Assembly (NCBI GenBank): GCA_043228905.1
Contig: JBHGNT010000001.1
Location: 36,642,001 to 36,706,000, forward strand
DNA from: Azolla caroliniana
Lineage: Eukaryota > Plantae > Polypodiophyta
DNA length: 64,000 bases
Direction of reading: 5' to 3'
Positions 39,301 to 53,239 of this stretch are shown one piece after another (positions within the stretch are counted from its first letter, which is position 1; each line of letters opens with the position of its first letter). The position numbers and the translations under genes were made by a program. The notes below the pieces were generated by a model that saw nothing but the letters and a program-made list of their open reading frames with translations, had not been told where the DNA came from and did no database searches.

Positions 39301-42021
39301 GAGGATAATGGTATCAAAGTGGCAGTAATCAAATGGTGCTGGATACTACTTCCCCTGCAACTGACATCAGATATACTCAAATCTGGTTTTCTGTTGATTG
39401 TGATTATTTGGCTTTTCTTCTCCTCTTAGGAGGTATGGATGATAATGGTATCAAAGTGGCAATAATCAAATGGTGCTGCATACTACTTCCGCTCCAACTG
39501 ACATCATATATACCCAAATCTTCACCCAGTCCTGTCACATTCACCAAAACATCAGTCACAGACTACTCTTAGCCAGGACATTGTCACATATATTGGCCCA
39601 GCTCATCGTGAGATTAAGTCTTTATAGTCCTTGCTATTCTGCTACTGATTAAGTAGGATGAACGCAAAAAATCTTTATTATTTAATAACAATCAAAGAGT
39701 TATTATGTATATAGGCTTCCATGAGAAAATTTCCCGCAAATCTGCCATAAACACTGAGATTCTGTATATGGCTCTTGATCCAGCCAATGATAAACAAGGA
39801 ATCATCAAATTCATGATGTGGCTTTATCATATTCTCCTTCAACTTTTTACTTGATTTCCATGGTTTAAATTGAATCTATTGAACACCATAAATATTTGCC
39901 CTCATTCCTCAATGGATACACAATGTGTCCACTGACTTGCCCTCATTCCTCAATGGATACACAACGTTTCCCCCATCCAATAGACATGTGCATGTCCACA
40001 TTCAAACATAAAAGAATCCTCAAAAACAATGAGATGAGGGAGCCAAAGATAAGAGAATCTTACAAAAGCCTTGAAGGCTGGCTTATGAGCAGCCATCTCA
40101 TACATGCAACAACCTAGGAATAAAATGTTCAAAACCATTAGGATTCGTTATCGTGTGATATGAAGACTCGGGAAAAGGCAATAGAATTAATCAAGCTTCT
40201 ACCCAATGACCAGATGTCAGACTTGAATCCATATGGAATATCAGCTAGAAGCTCTGGGCACATGTAATTTGGAGTTCCAACCACCTATAAAACCAGGAAT
40301 CAGGTTAAAAAATAACATGAAAACCGAGACATACAGGAAGTATGTATCTTTGGTTATTTATATTATGTGTTTGCAAAGAATTAAACAAATTATCCCTTCC
40401 TCGTGAATAAAAATTTCACAGGAATGAACAAGGATGCATGTCATTGTATATAAAGGACCAATAGTTCAATATAAGTAGAGATTTCAAGTGCCCATTTCGC
40501 AAGCCCTTTGTTGGTCTTTAACATCATTACAAAAAGAATGGTGCATCCAATCCAAAGATCTATTTGCTATAATTTCTTACAGATGATGCCAAATCACATT
40601 CACTCAGCATCTTTGCCAACCCAAAGTCACCTACAAAATTCAGAAAGTACCTATTAGCATGAGCTATTCCATGGAAATGATCAAAGTAATTTTTTTAAGA
40701 TACCTAGGCGGATGTCCTTCTCCTTTGTTAGGAAAATGTTGGAACACTGCAAGATATAATTCATATGTCAGGTATAAATCTCCACTCAGTATGTTTATGG
40801 CTGAAAAGTTCATCAAACTCTTAAAGGAGCAAACTTTCAAGTCTCGATGCAATATGTGTCTAGAATGCAAGTAATCAACTGCCATTAGGATTTGCACGAA
40901 CCACTTGCATAATTTCTGGAAAAAAAGAGGAAACAATGTCATTAATTTAGATGTAGATCATGGAATAAGTTCCAGAAAGGAATTACATAAGTGTTTGTAT
41001 ACGATCAGTGGAAAACTGGATGAACTTCATTGTCAATTGCCAATCATAAGTAGACGAGATTCACAGAAAGCAATATAGTATGTGTAGACCATTTTTGCTA
41101 TATCTAGGCTATTAACCATAGCGATGTTCACACCACCAAGGGTCACCACTGAACTCTAGGTCGTAAACCCACTGTACTAATCTAAAGTAAACATCAATGC
41201 TATAACAGATTGTATCCTCACCTCCTCTGGGAAAAGTACCCCACTTTGCTTTCTGATTGCTTCAGCCCTGGGCAAAGACAAAGATATCAAAGAAGGTTGA
41301 TTATTGGAATTTCATATGATTGCGATAACAATATATGTGTTTCACTTACATGTCACCACCTTCACAATACCCTGTGACAATGCATATGTAGCAGCCCTGC
41401 ATTGTAAAGAGTATAAAATGAATGCTTAAAAAGAAGAAATAGTTGTATGTCTTGAGGCTTTACAAGATTTCCACAAAAGGAGACATACTTTCTCTATCCA
41501 AGATTCTTTGTACTCCAAAATGTGTGGATGCTGAACTTTTGATAATAGATCCATCTAAAATAAAAGAGAAGAAATAAAAAATTAACTGGAACAAGCAAAT
41601 ATAACTATGAAAAGTTGGTTTCTAGGGAGCTTACCTCCTTACAATAAACGAAAAACCATTAAGACGTATGAATGGAACAAAAACAGATAGAATACTGAAA
41701 AAGACTCTCTATTGAACCTTACCTCTTGATGAGCAGACCTTCTGCATCTGTCTGTTTGCCGAGCAAGCCTAATCTTCTTAAGGACATACCTGAGCAAGGC
41801 ATTTGAAAGCATACTGATTGTATATGTATGCATGTAAGGATGGATTGCATGTGTGTATGTATGCATGCATGTTTATATATACGTAGGTTATATTGTAGTG
41901 TATTTATATAGATAAGCGTGTTTGAAGTAGCTTACCTCTTCTTCTCTGCCCTGTGATTAACCAGAATGGCAGACCCAAAAGCTCCTCTCCCCACCCGCTC
42001 CATGATCTCATATTGATCCAT
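36302..42021 (-). CDS. NEK: NIMA-related Ser/Thr kinase (plant NEK), multi-exon
   Basis: [60 protein letters not shown], and the plant NEK C-terminal motif ALEGLLEL...[20 protein letters not shown]. Confidence 0.95.
38743..38805 (-). mobile_element. Possible tRNA-derived SINE head in a NEK intron
   Basis: GGTTAAGCTCAGTTGGTAAG...AGGTCATGTGTCAAACCCC shows A-box-like and degenerate B-box-like motifs at tRNA spacing. No intact cloverleaf. Confidence 0.35.
39301..39521. repeat. Two ~84 bp direct repeats in a NEK intron
   Basis: GATAATGGTATCAAAGTGGCA(G/A)TAATCAAATGGTGCTG...CAAATCT at about 39304 and 39441. Confidence 0.85.
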
Positions 42022-42461
42022 ATTCCCTAGAGCTAAGTGCAGGCAACTCGATTATGATTCCTTAAAGTTGTATCTCAATACTGTAAACCCCTGCTCAGTC
42101 TTCTGGGAGGAGCTAGAAATACATGAAACCGAGAGAGCTAGAAACAGAGAGAGAGAGAGAGAGAGAGAGGGGAACTTCGGAAGGTTTTTGCTCATAGAAA
42201 TATGGACATAAGAACAACTGTTTTTATTTTCTGTTTAATTTGTTCTCTCGTCCAAATATCCTGACAGCCCGAATCCTGTTCATTCTAATCCTTTTGCATT
42301 TTTATTTATTTGAGTATTGGGTACATACTGTTAGAAGCTTTTGACTGACGTTGGTAGGAGGAACTTGGTCTCACGTACAAGGTCCTACCATGACCACCTA
42401 CAATTCATTCCCTCGTGTTCTGAATTCCCCATGTTCCAAGATGCTCCTTTCGGACCACATG

Positions 42462-42889
42462 TAACAATTGGCAACAGTTCGGTTTGAACTGAACCGAACC
42501 GCAAAACTGCGGCTTAATGGTCTAAGCGGTTCGGTTTAGGTTTTTTAAACGGTTTGGTTCGGTTTCAACCGTTAGAAACCGCGGTTTAAACGGTTTAACG
42601 GGTTTTCTTTTTTTTTTCGTAAAAATTAAAATTTTATAAAAATGTTTTTAAACAATCTTTTCATTTTTAGACCTTATTCTCACATTTTCGGAACGTCTTT
42701 AAAATTTTTAAAATTTAAAATAATGAAATATTTTAAATTTTAAAAATTTTAAATTTGACCTAAGTTGAAACCGAAACCGCGGTTTTAACGTTTGAAATTT
42801 TTTTAATGGTTTCGTGGTTCAGTTCAAGTTTCAAAAATTTTAAACCGTTCGGTTTTGACCCTCTCAAACCGAACCGTTGCCAATTGTTA
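42462..42889. mobile_element. hAT-type MITE upstream of NEK
   Basis: TIRs TAACAATTGGCAAC...GTTGCCAATTGTTA. 8 bp TSD ACCACATG/GCCACATG. AACCG subterminal repeats and an AT-rich core. Confidence 0.9.
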
Positions 42890-43908
42890 GCCACATGGTT
42901 GTGTGTGTGTGTGTGTGCGTCATGTGTTGGCACTCCCTATCTCCAATTTATCTCGTTTATTCATTTTCTGATAATTACACAAGCTATATTATTATTTTTC
43001 TGTCCCATATATTGCCCTCTCTTGGGATGTTAATAAACTTATTCTTCTTCTTTTTTGTGGCTTCTCGATATCTCAAAACCATAATCTCAAGGGGTGGCAA
43101 GACGCAACATTGGGAGGTATTGAACAACCATGGGGATGTTCTTGTTATGAGCTTACTTGTCACGATCCCCTATCCTGTCCATTGCAAGGGGAGAAGGTTT
43201 TCCATTTGACTAGTAAACAAGGGCATAAGTTCTAAAAGTGTTTGTGTGGTTTTTTATTTTATTTTAATGCAGCCAAAGTCTAATATATTTTTACTAGGTA
43301 TTGATAGATGGTATTTATCATGCCCTTTTAGACCATGCAGAGGTCGCTTTTCTCACATCTACACACCAACCCTCACAATTTGGCCTATTGAGAACTCTCT
43401 TGATACAACCCCAACACCTAACTCTCTTGTTATCTTTCTATACTCAGACTCTCACATACTTTTCTCCATTTTCCTCGTTTATGTTTTGACATGATACTTG
43501 TGTGAGGCAAGGTAGGGCCTTTGATGTCTAAATCAATATCCAACTTATGCCAACATTGAGCAACATGGACATTAAATCATTCCCTTTATTTAGCTCTTCC
43601 TTTAGAGTGCGATGATAGATGTGGTTGCATGCATTGTGTATTGATATTTATATAAGCTCTTTTGATTGAGCAATGACCAATACACATGCTAGAAGTATTT
43701 GTAACCATGTGATTTCATCATATTAAGCAAGGGTATAAAAATATCCATCTATATGTCTTTTTTTTCCAAAAAAAACTCCTTCCATTAGTTATAAAAATTT
43801 GAGAGTATTATATACAATTCCTTGTAGGGATGCCCACTAACTCAAGAAAGGGAGAGGACGATCATTGTTGGATGAAGGCTAGTTGTTGTCTTTCAACTCC
43901 ATTGGAGC

Positions 43909-44417
43909 TAACAATCGACAACGGTTTGGTTTGAACCGAACCAAACTGCGAAACAACGGCTTAACGGTTTAAACGGTTCGGCTCGGTTTGGTTTCAACAG
44001 TCAAAAACCGCGGTTTAAACGGTTAAACGGTTTTTTGTTTTTTATTTTTTTATTTTTTTTAAAAAAAATTAAAAATTAAAAAACAAATTCTAAAAAATTA
44101 AAAAAATTGTTTTTAAACAATCTTTTCATTTTTACACCTTATTCTCACATTTTAGGAACATCTTAAAAATCTTAAAAATTCTAAATAATGAAATATTATA
44201 AATTTTTAAAAAATTAAAAATTAAAAATTTGACTTATGTTGAAAACCGAAACCGAACCACGAAACCGCGGTTTTTACGGTTTAATGGTTTAACGGTTTGA
44301 AAAAGGTTTAATGGGTCGTTTTAATGGTTTCGCGGTTTGGTTTGGTTCAAGTTTCAAAAAAATTAAACGGTTCAGTTTGGACCCTCTCAAACCGAACCGA
44401 ACCGTTGCCGATTGTTA
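43909..44417. mobile_element. Second copy of the same hAT-type MITE family
   Basis: TIRs TAACAATCGACAACGG...CCGTTGCCGATTGTTA. 8 bp TSD ATTGGAGC/ATCAGAGC. Shares the core CAATCTTTTCATTTTTA.ACCTTATTCTCACATTTT with the first copy. Confidence 0.9.
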
Positions 44418-47400
44418 ATCAGAGCCACCCTTGAGGCCATCGTATTGGCTCTTTTGAGTGGCTACAACTTCACTCCATATCTCTTGCATTAACATTAGTG
44501 GATGCACAGTTTGGTTGGAGAATACCTATTTACACCGTTGTTTCCATCTATATGTCTTTGACATAAATAAAGAAATTTATGCAAATCTAAGTGTTGATAT
44601 TTAAGACATTGGTAATTGTTTACATGTTTTTTTGCCTATATATGCCCTCATATGCTTTAGACAAATATCCCAAGAAAAAATATATTGAAGTTGTGAATGT
44701 GTGTGCATGTGACACTAGAATGTTTGTAAAAAGTACCAAGACTTTTATTGCACCTAAGTTTGCAATAGCTACAATATAAAATATTTTCCAACAACTAGTG
44801 AAATAAGCTACTTGTTTTGATTTGGAGGATGGGAACTCAGGAGGCAAGATGGTGTAGGCCTAATACGAAGCTAAATTTTAATTTGAATACTTCTTTAATG
44901 GTTTACAATAAATCAAGGTTAAACGTTGAACAAAAAAAGATAATGGAAAATGCATAATCATGTCCTCAGGAATTGTGACATATTAGTTAGTGAAGCTTGT
45001 GTTGAGGGTGAAGGAGTCAAACAATGTGACTCGTGAGGGTGAAGAGGTGGCTAATGGGTTCGAGATAGGTTTTGGGTTTAGGTTTGAGATAGGGTGTTGA
45101 TGTGAATGTGGATGGTAATATTCAGGTTTGCTCAATTTATACATGTCATGTGATGATCTTATGATAAAGTTTGCTATCTACTTTATCCCTTATATTGGCA
45201 AATGTGTAAGTATTCGGAAATCATCTATCTTAAGTGATAATAACCATGATGCATTATTAAACAAGGATATCAGACAATCGTCGATGATGACTCCTCATGC
45301 CCCATCATAAAAGGCAACCTTCGATTACCTGTCAACAACATTTTTCAACGCCTACCTAACATATTTAAAATAAATAAATAGAAATTATTGTGACAATGAT
45401 TGTAATGTATGTTCGTTTGGCATTGTGCCCCACCTAAATCTAAGGACATTGTTGCATGGCATGTGCTAGGTGCTACCTACAGTAGGGGTCAACAATGTGT
45501 TAACCTAAAATTGTGCATATATTCGTTTGAATGAGTGTGAAACATAGAATGGTTTGAGCTATCAATTAAGTTCACGTTCTCAAATATTGCACATCAATTG
45601 AATTTGTGAGACACGAGTCAACTCGAGTAAATTTGAATACTATTATAATCCCATACTAACATTGAATATGCACGCATTTTGCCAATAAAAAAGATCACCA
45701 ATAAAACAAAAAGTTTGCATCTTCTGTTCGTATGTCACTAACATGTCCTCAAAACAATTTTGAGCTACCAGAAAACTTAGGGGGGGAAATTTACTTATTC
45801 AATAATAACTAAAGGGAGATCGATGTTGACTCTCCTTCTAGAAGTTGCTAAGACATCACCATCATCACAAGAGAACTTTTTTGAAAACACGAATAACCTT
45901 CATTCACACATATCGTTAGATTATTACAATATAGTCCAAACTTCTTCTTCTTTTACAATATAGTTCAAACTTGACAACGAGAGAATCAACATAATATGAA
46001 ATAAGAAAACATCAATATGTTAAAAAGAATAATGAAGCTAGAACACTTCCATATTCACAAACACTATTGTCCTATTAAAGGTGTCATTGTTATTGTCATC
46101 GCCATATAACCAATGATCCAATGTTACGCAATGACCCCAATATTATAGGTCTTCACGACAAAGTCAAGAATTATGATATATAAATTTCCTCGAATTATTG
46201 ATTTAGATGTGTAATATAAGACATACCTCCATGTGTGAGTGTGTCAATTTTAGAGAAACTTAACTCAAACCTTTCAAAGAAGACATATGATCATATCATG
46301 CAAATTGTTTTAACGTCATGTTTGCAACCTTTGTTGAGAACATAAAGTAGGCAAATTTAGGAGCTCAATCCTTTGAGCGCATACTCTCACATTGGCTATT
46401 ACAAACACACAAGTTCAAAGCTTATGGATGAGCTTGCAATGTGCCTCTTTGTAAGTGGAGAATTTGAATGCGGTCAAATTTTGTGTGGGATCCCAATCAT
46501 TAAAAATCGAAATCAATGCCCCATTAGCAAGGCTAAAGATGTCCCTGCAAATGGAGACTCGGGTAAAAGTTCTAAACAATACACAAAGTATTCATGTTTT
46601 ATAAGGTTTTAGAAGTGTTTGGCAAACCATATGCACTCGTGGATAGTCTACGCAAGGCCTACCCGAGAAAGGGATCAAAGTTGTGTATATTTTAACTAAT
46701 GGAGTATATTCCTTTTTGGAAAAAAAAAACCATATGCACTCATGTTCTAATTTTCATGGTGCAAAAACATGTAATATGTATCTTAGTCTCAACAATGTTG
46801 GAGAAAATTTGTGTCAAATATCTTGTTATGAACAATGTTTGAGAACTAGTTACACCAAAACATATTGTAAATAAGAAAATACTTATACGAAGATTGGTTC
46901 AAGTTCATTCTACTTCTATGAACCAAGAGTTTTGAAACTAATACAATTGGTGAAATTATATATTTGAAAACATATATTCTAAAACATCTCAAATTTTGGT
47001 GGCATCACATTCGTCAATTCCAAAATTGACCACGACAATTCAAAAAGCTGAATGACTAGAGCAATGTCGATCTAAATTAATGAGAAGAGTTCAATTGAAT
47101 AATGATTATGGAACTTGAAACAATTGCTCAATTATAAAGCTCAAAACAAGACATTACATACAAGGTTGCTCAAACCCTCAAAAAAGAATGAGAATCCCAA
47201 ACACCAAGTTTGTGTTTAATACAATGAAATAATTGTGATCTCTTTCAAAGAATGGTGAGTATTTTAAGTTGGGATTTTATCCAAGTTCTCTTAAATCCAT
47301 CATGAATCCCATCCTTTCAAAAGAATGTTGATATTAATAAAGGGCCTTCTAATGCACATAGGGTCAAATCCCTAAAATGTTGTGCTCAACTAACATGTTT

Positions 47401-47509
47401 CATTTGGCCCCCACACTAATGTCATGTTTTTGTAGTATTGAATGAGTTGTGGTTATATGAGGGACACATTATTTTTGGCTAGGACATCCATGATCTCACC
47501 TCGAATATG

Positions 47510-48910
47510 TCATACTTTGTTCATGGGCAACGTTTGATGGCGAACACCATAGAGTTCAAGTAGTTGGTCGTCAGCAAAATTGAAAGCTCTTTGCATTTGT
47601 TTAAAGCATGACATGTCATCATTGTAATCCCCCACACTCTTACTACATGGTTTACAACCAACAAAGTGAGAAATAAAAGGCAATGTATGATGAAGGTCCT
47701 TTTGAGACTTCTCCATCTTGACGTTCTCATTATTGTATGCGAGGTTGGGCCATGTGCCATGCAAATGATAAGAATTCTCCATATACACCTTCTCACCCCA
47801 CTTATCCTTCTCGGTGATGTGAAAGTTTACCAATGTTGATTGGTTGTTGTGAGGATCAAACTCATGTGGTTGTCCAATGAGCTTCTCGAATGATCCATTG
47901 GGCATTGCCCAAGCATCCAAGAGATCCAAAGACCATTGTTGATTCCTTATCAAGAAGCTACCTATGTCGAGACCTACCGACTTATGGGCCCCGTGGAGCA
48001 TGTTTTCCCACTCTCCTTGCATGACCATGTTGTGGTGTTCATACCTGTGCATAGGGAGCTCAAAGTCCATGCGCGTGAACACGACGTCATTGTTCATCCA
48101 CCAGAACCACTCGACCTCGGGGTGAGCCACCATCATGTTCCTCAACAACGAGAGCTTCATATAATGAGGCGACACACGGGGAGCATCGCCATCGCCATCA
48201 CCGCCATCATCATCGGCACTCACATCATCAATGTTGCCATCCACCACGACACGTGGCGAGTCATGGAAGATCCCAATGCCATGGAGTCTACAGTAGTCGA
48301 GCTTATTGTTGAGCGAGCGAAGGAGGAAGTGGTGCCCGAGGGGGGTTTCACACTGGGAAGGGTCAAAGCCGGTGGTGACAAGCATGATGTTAGTATGACT
48401 ATGAGCACCACTACTATTATTATCACTACTACTAGCCTTGGATGATTGGGCTGTACGAGCATAGGACTCAACCACGCGAGTTCGAATCTGAGTATTCCAA
48501 TCAACGTATGGTTTGCTTCTTGGCCCTGATCTCTGAGAAGCTTTGGCAGGGTTCACACCCATGTTCTCCTCAAGCTTGGCACGATCAACCACCACCTCAT
48601 CATCATCATCATCAGTATCCATGGGATTTGTGTGCGGTTTGTGCTTCTCTGCTACGAGTGCTTGTGCAAGTGATCTGCTGGGGATGATGAGTTGTTTTCT
48701 GTGGTGATCGCCCCTTCCTCCAAAGTGTTGCTTTATCTCTTCCAAGTCCTTGGCTGGGGTCCCAAATCTACCTGCCCCTAGCGTTCCTCTCAACACAAGT
48801 AGGGTTAGGAACCCACACAGCAGAGTTAGCTTGATGTTGTTTAGAGACCTTTGGATTTGCTTGACCCTCGCATGAGAGATCAAATTTGATAAATAATTAC
48901 TACAAGCCAT
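47510..48910 (-). CDS. GT34 xyloglucan xylosyltransferase (XXT)-like protein, single exon, divergent active site
   Basis: NNIKLTLLCGFLTLLVLRGTLGAG TM anchor, NKLDYCRLHGI, HPEVEWFWWM, ISHFVGCKPC, QMQRAFNFADDQ. First ATG at 48910. Confidence 0.9.
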   Translation of the reverse strand: MACSNYLSNLISHARVKQIQRSLNNIKLTLLCGFLTLLVLRGTLGAGRFGTPAKDLEEIKQHFGGRGDHHRKQLIIPSRSLAQALVAEKHKPHTNPMDTDDDDDEVVVDRAKLEENMGVNPAKASQRSGPRSKPYVDWNTQIRTRVVESYARTAQSSKASSSDNNSSGAHSHTNIMLVTTGFDPSQCETPLGHHFLLRSLNNKLDYCRLHGIGIFHDSPRVVVDGNIDDVSADDDGGDGDGDAPRVSPHYMKLSLLRNMMVAHPEVEWFWWMNNDVVFTRMDFELPMHRYEHHNMVMQGEWENMLHGAHKSVGLDIGSFLIRNQQWSLDLLDAWAMPNGSFEKLIGQPHEFDPHNNQSTLVNFHITEKDKWGEKVYMENSYHLHGTWPNLAYNNENVKMEKSQKDLHHTLPFISHFVGCKPCSKSVGDYNDDMSCFKQMQRAFNFADDQLLELYGVRHQTLPMNKV

Positions 48911-49014
48911 ACTTGCCCTCTCCCCCCCCCCCCCCCTTTTTTTTAGAGGGATTTCGGCTCCTGTTGTTGAGTTTGGAGACAATACTAATTGTGGCTAGGA
49001 TCAGGGGGCGATTG

Positions 49015-49150
49015 AGATGTGGGTTCGGTTAATTAAATGCTTTTAATGAGCTAAAAGCTCAGGATAAATGCGAGAAATCAAAGACAATCAGATGTGGGTT
49101 CTGGTAATGAAGAAGTGCCTTTTAATGGGCTGAAAGCTCAGGATCAAAGA
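49015..49150. repeat. ~75 bp degenerate tandem duplication upstream of the XXT-like gene
   Basis: GATGTGGGTTC...TTTTAATG.GCT.AAAGCTCAGGAT occurs twice. Confidence 0.7.
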
Positions 49151-50849
49151 GAGACCTTGTCATTAAGGGGTAAAGGATGAGATCAATGAGATAATCAGGA
49201 GAATTAATGAGGTGACCAGGAGACTGTGCAGGTGATTAAGAGATTTAATCGGCTAGTAAAATGCATAGGAATTTGAGCTACACTCTGTGAATAGAATAGC
49301 CATGGAGGGAAGAAGAGCTTAAATACAAATAGAAAAAAGCAGACTGATGATTTATATAGCATACACACACACATATATATATTATATTGCTTTTTCCTGA
49401 GAATGAACTCTAATGGGTGCTTGCCAGTTGTTACTTTATAAGCATTTAGTTTTCTTTTTGTAATGTAGAGAAAAAAGCTTTGATAATGGCACATGTGTAC
49501 AATATGAACTATACACATTTTCTTCGTAATTAACTTGGCTTTGTTTCAATACATACTAGATGGAGTCTTTTCTGTCCGTCCGTACGCACCGCATGTGGCT
49601 CAAATCGATCAAACACCACATTACGTGCTTGAGCACGACATGAAAGCATTGCCTTTTCTACATACAAAGATAACATCAAAAAAAGGTTCATAACATTCCC
49701 CCCTCAACCCATCAAGCCATTGGGTTGAAGATTCGGATATCTTGCTTACTCTTTAAGTAGAAACTATTAAAGCTCAACATTAGAAACTATTAAAGCTCAA
49801 CACGATGGCATGTGTGCTAAGCATTTCGCTTTGCTTGACTTACAAGTTTGTGTGTTGAAGTGTTTGAACGATGAATTTGATGTTATGTTCTCTATAAACA
49901 TTCATTACAATGCAAACTAACTTTGATCCTAAATATACAACTTCACAATCAACTTTGTGACAACGTAGATTGGTTTTGCTTCTCAAATAATATATGGTTC
50001 TAGATATCACTTTCCACACCCACAAGCTTATGAGTTTGTTTCCTTTTTTTATAGCTGATTTGTTTGTCATTAAGAGTCCAAGCATTGAGAGAATGCTCTC
50101 GTGTTAACACCAACCTTTCACTAATTATTATTATTATTTATTAAAAGGCAACATGGAACTGTTTGGAAATACCCTTAAGTTTTTCTCTATATTACCCAAA
50201 TGTCCATAAAGTCTCATCATCTCTCCACATGCCCTCGGTAAGCTTGGGAGAGCGCAATTATAATGAGTTATATATGTCATTTCAACCATTTTATGGTCAA
50301 TTCATCCCTATTCTCTATTATATGTGTTATTTGAGGAATTTCATCCCTCAATCTCTCCTTTGTGGGTGAACCAAGGGAATTGGGGAATTAACGAAAACAA
50401 AGCAAGATGATTTACAATATTCCTGAAATAATAAACCTTCTATCTAATTTTGTTAAAAATGATATAGTAAAACATGCCATAAGTTAGACATTGGGATGAA
50501 TTTTTGGATGATGCATGCACAATTTACATTAAACTTGAGTTTGATTCCAATAAAGGTTTGATAATGTACTCAATTGATGGAGGGAAAGGGACATGCAGGA
50601 AACCTACATACAAATTTGATGATTGAAGTGATCATGAACAACCACAAAGTTAAGAGTATTGAATATGATGATGGTGAATTGTGACATGGAGAAAACAAGG
50701 ACATGAAGCAATCATTTTGGTGAAAAAAACTTGTGGTCTTCTACGCTAAAGAAAAGAGAGGGTATGGACAAAGGCAAGATTCAAGTATCATTAGATAACT
50801 AAGTTAGATATTTAAATATGGGATTCGATTGTGCTCTAGGAGTGTCCTT

Positions 50850-51600
50850 TTAGCTTGTGTTCCTCAATCAGGATTTTTACTTCTCCACAGAGGTTGTTTT
50901 GCGAGTCTAAACATAAGTTTGCCCTATTGTTTGGCAAACATGCAAAGAATGTCATCAAGCTCCTCCAAGATTTGACAACCCAAGTGAATCCACCACACAA
51001 ACCTGTACATTATTAAATAGTGAAAGAAATTGCTAGTTTTCACTACAGTAATTCCATGATCACTTAAATAGATAGAAGTAAGTAATCATTAATCAAAGAG
51101 ATGCTAGTCTCAAATCAAACCCCTGAATCCCTCTCTACTCATCCAGCATATCATCTATACAAGAATGAGTAAGAGCTGAAAGTTAGACTCAAACTTTCAA
51201 GCTTTAGTGTGGAGATTTTTTTTGGCAAAAAGTCATTTTAGTCACAAAATACTCTTTGTACTCATCTTTACAAAATGATACTTGTCTTGAAGTTAAGGGC
51301 TTTCACACTTGCCTAGACAAAAGGTCTTTTTACCCTCAAGGATAAATGCTATTTCTACATGAACACACTAATAGAATATGCATTAGTGGAATATGTGCCA
51401 ATGTTAGAAAAGAGGCATGAAAAGCATAACATCTTGCTTATACTTCTCAAAATCTTTACAAGATGTCGTGCAAATAACATTGTTATTCAATGGCAATCGT
51501 AGATACTAATCGACACTCTAAAGAATCTTCCTTGATTGCAATGTTTCCATTGGTCAATATCTTTTTGTTGTAATTCCAACATATATATTGAAAACCATGA
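50850..51600 (-). mobile_element. Possible highly degenerate CACTA transposase remnant
   Basis: Broken frames echo CACTA motifs (..CVHVE.., GFRGL..D*HLF, LEELDDILCMF). Weak. Confidence 0.25.
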
Positions 51601-53239
51601 AATTTTGATTGGTGTATAAGTGAAAGTATATTATGGACATTATGATACTATTATTACAATATGTATTCGCTATTTCAATCAATATAATTAACTTTTTTGA
51701 GCACTTTGTCATACTTTTGAGAACCTAAACGTATCATTTTGATGGCTTTATAAGTTAAGATCTCCTTTTCGTAGTTCTTTAGGGACATAACATTTGAGGT
51801 CCTACTTTGGTGGGAGGAAAGGAAAAACAAATTCCGCGAAAGCTAACAAATGGTCACATGAAATCTCATCACAAACAAATACACCCAAAAAGTAACACAA
51901 CTTTACTAGGACAAAGTTGGGCTAGTTATACAACAAAATTATGAATGATACCTAAAGTTCACAACCTACGCTGGCTTTAGTTGTTATCAAGCACCGACTA
52001 TGAAGAGGGATAAGAAAAGTAGCATATGTGGGTGAAAAATGAAGAGATAAAAATAAACAAAGTTTTCTTTATGTGAAGTATAAAACGATGTGTGAATACA
52101 TCAAGAATTGCATATTAGTTATGACCATCATCCTTCTATTCTAGTTATACATCGTTTATTGACACTTTTGTCTTTCAATTTTAATTATGTTGTTGATACC
52201 CTTTCTTTATTTTCTCTTTGATATTTCATTCCTATTTAACCAATGATTTTATGAAATCTAGCTCATTTCACTTATTTACTAGACAACGCTAGTAAATGTA
52301 AGGGTTCAATGCGCTCTCTCTCTCTCTCTCTCTCTCTAATTATCTTACCCTAGTGGTAGCTAGGTAGACTACTAACATTACATCTTGGGTCTGAAACCCA
52401 ATTATCTCACCTTTCTATTACTCCATACATACATACATACATCTCTCTCTCTCTCTCCCCCCCCCCCCCCAAAAAAAAAACAAGAAAGTCTTATTTTTAT
52501 ATGTTAGAAATGCAATTTTGTTTTTGACTTGGCATCTTTGCTTTACACCGATCTTTCAATGTAGAAATCCCACCTATCAAGTTTGTTGGCTTGTTTTTAT
52601 TGGTTCTTTATTTGTAGTGCACATGATTATCCTCAAACACACAATTTAGTTCTTTGGCGGGCAACCTTTGCATTAGAGCAATTGACTTTGTCCTATCAAA
52701 TTCGTTGGATTATTTTTAAAGTCCTACTGGTTCTCTCTACAAGAAAAATATGGCATTGTTGGACAATTGCGGCCATCATAGCCAACAAGTTGAGAATTAA
52801 TTTAGTAAATGATTTCAATATTCTTCGCTAAGAGATACTTTTCCTTTTACATAAACCAATGTATTATGATGCCCTTCCGATAACTTCAAATAGACATCGG
52901 CCACTTTGGCAAATCCAATTTAATACTCTCTCTTTCTCACATGTTCTATAGGGCATTTGTAGAGGGTCGTCCCCATACATGGGCCATGCAAGAAATTGTG
53001 TCTTTCCATAACTTAGGAAACCCCCTCCCAACTAGGGAGTTATTAGATGATTATATGCTAAACATGGAGCAATGCTTGATTAGAAACTCAAAAACATTGT
53101 TGAGGTTGAAGAGATACGAACATGAGGCCACTTGGCCAAGCAACAACGACGATCTTGACATCAAGAACTTGCCAACCTTTCACTATCCTCAAGTTTAATA
53201 TGGAACTTGCTATTGTGGTAAGGGATATGACTACTCCAT

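Noticed and set aside
47936-48687. Plus-strand ORFs antisense to the XXT-like gene
   Set aside because: Shadow ORFs of a GC-richer CDS.
49050-49150. AAGCTCAGGA resembling the 5' end of miR390
   Set aside because: Only about 10 nt match, no hairpin partner, and it is part of a tandem duplication.
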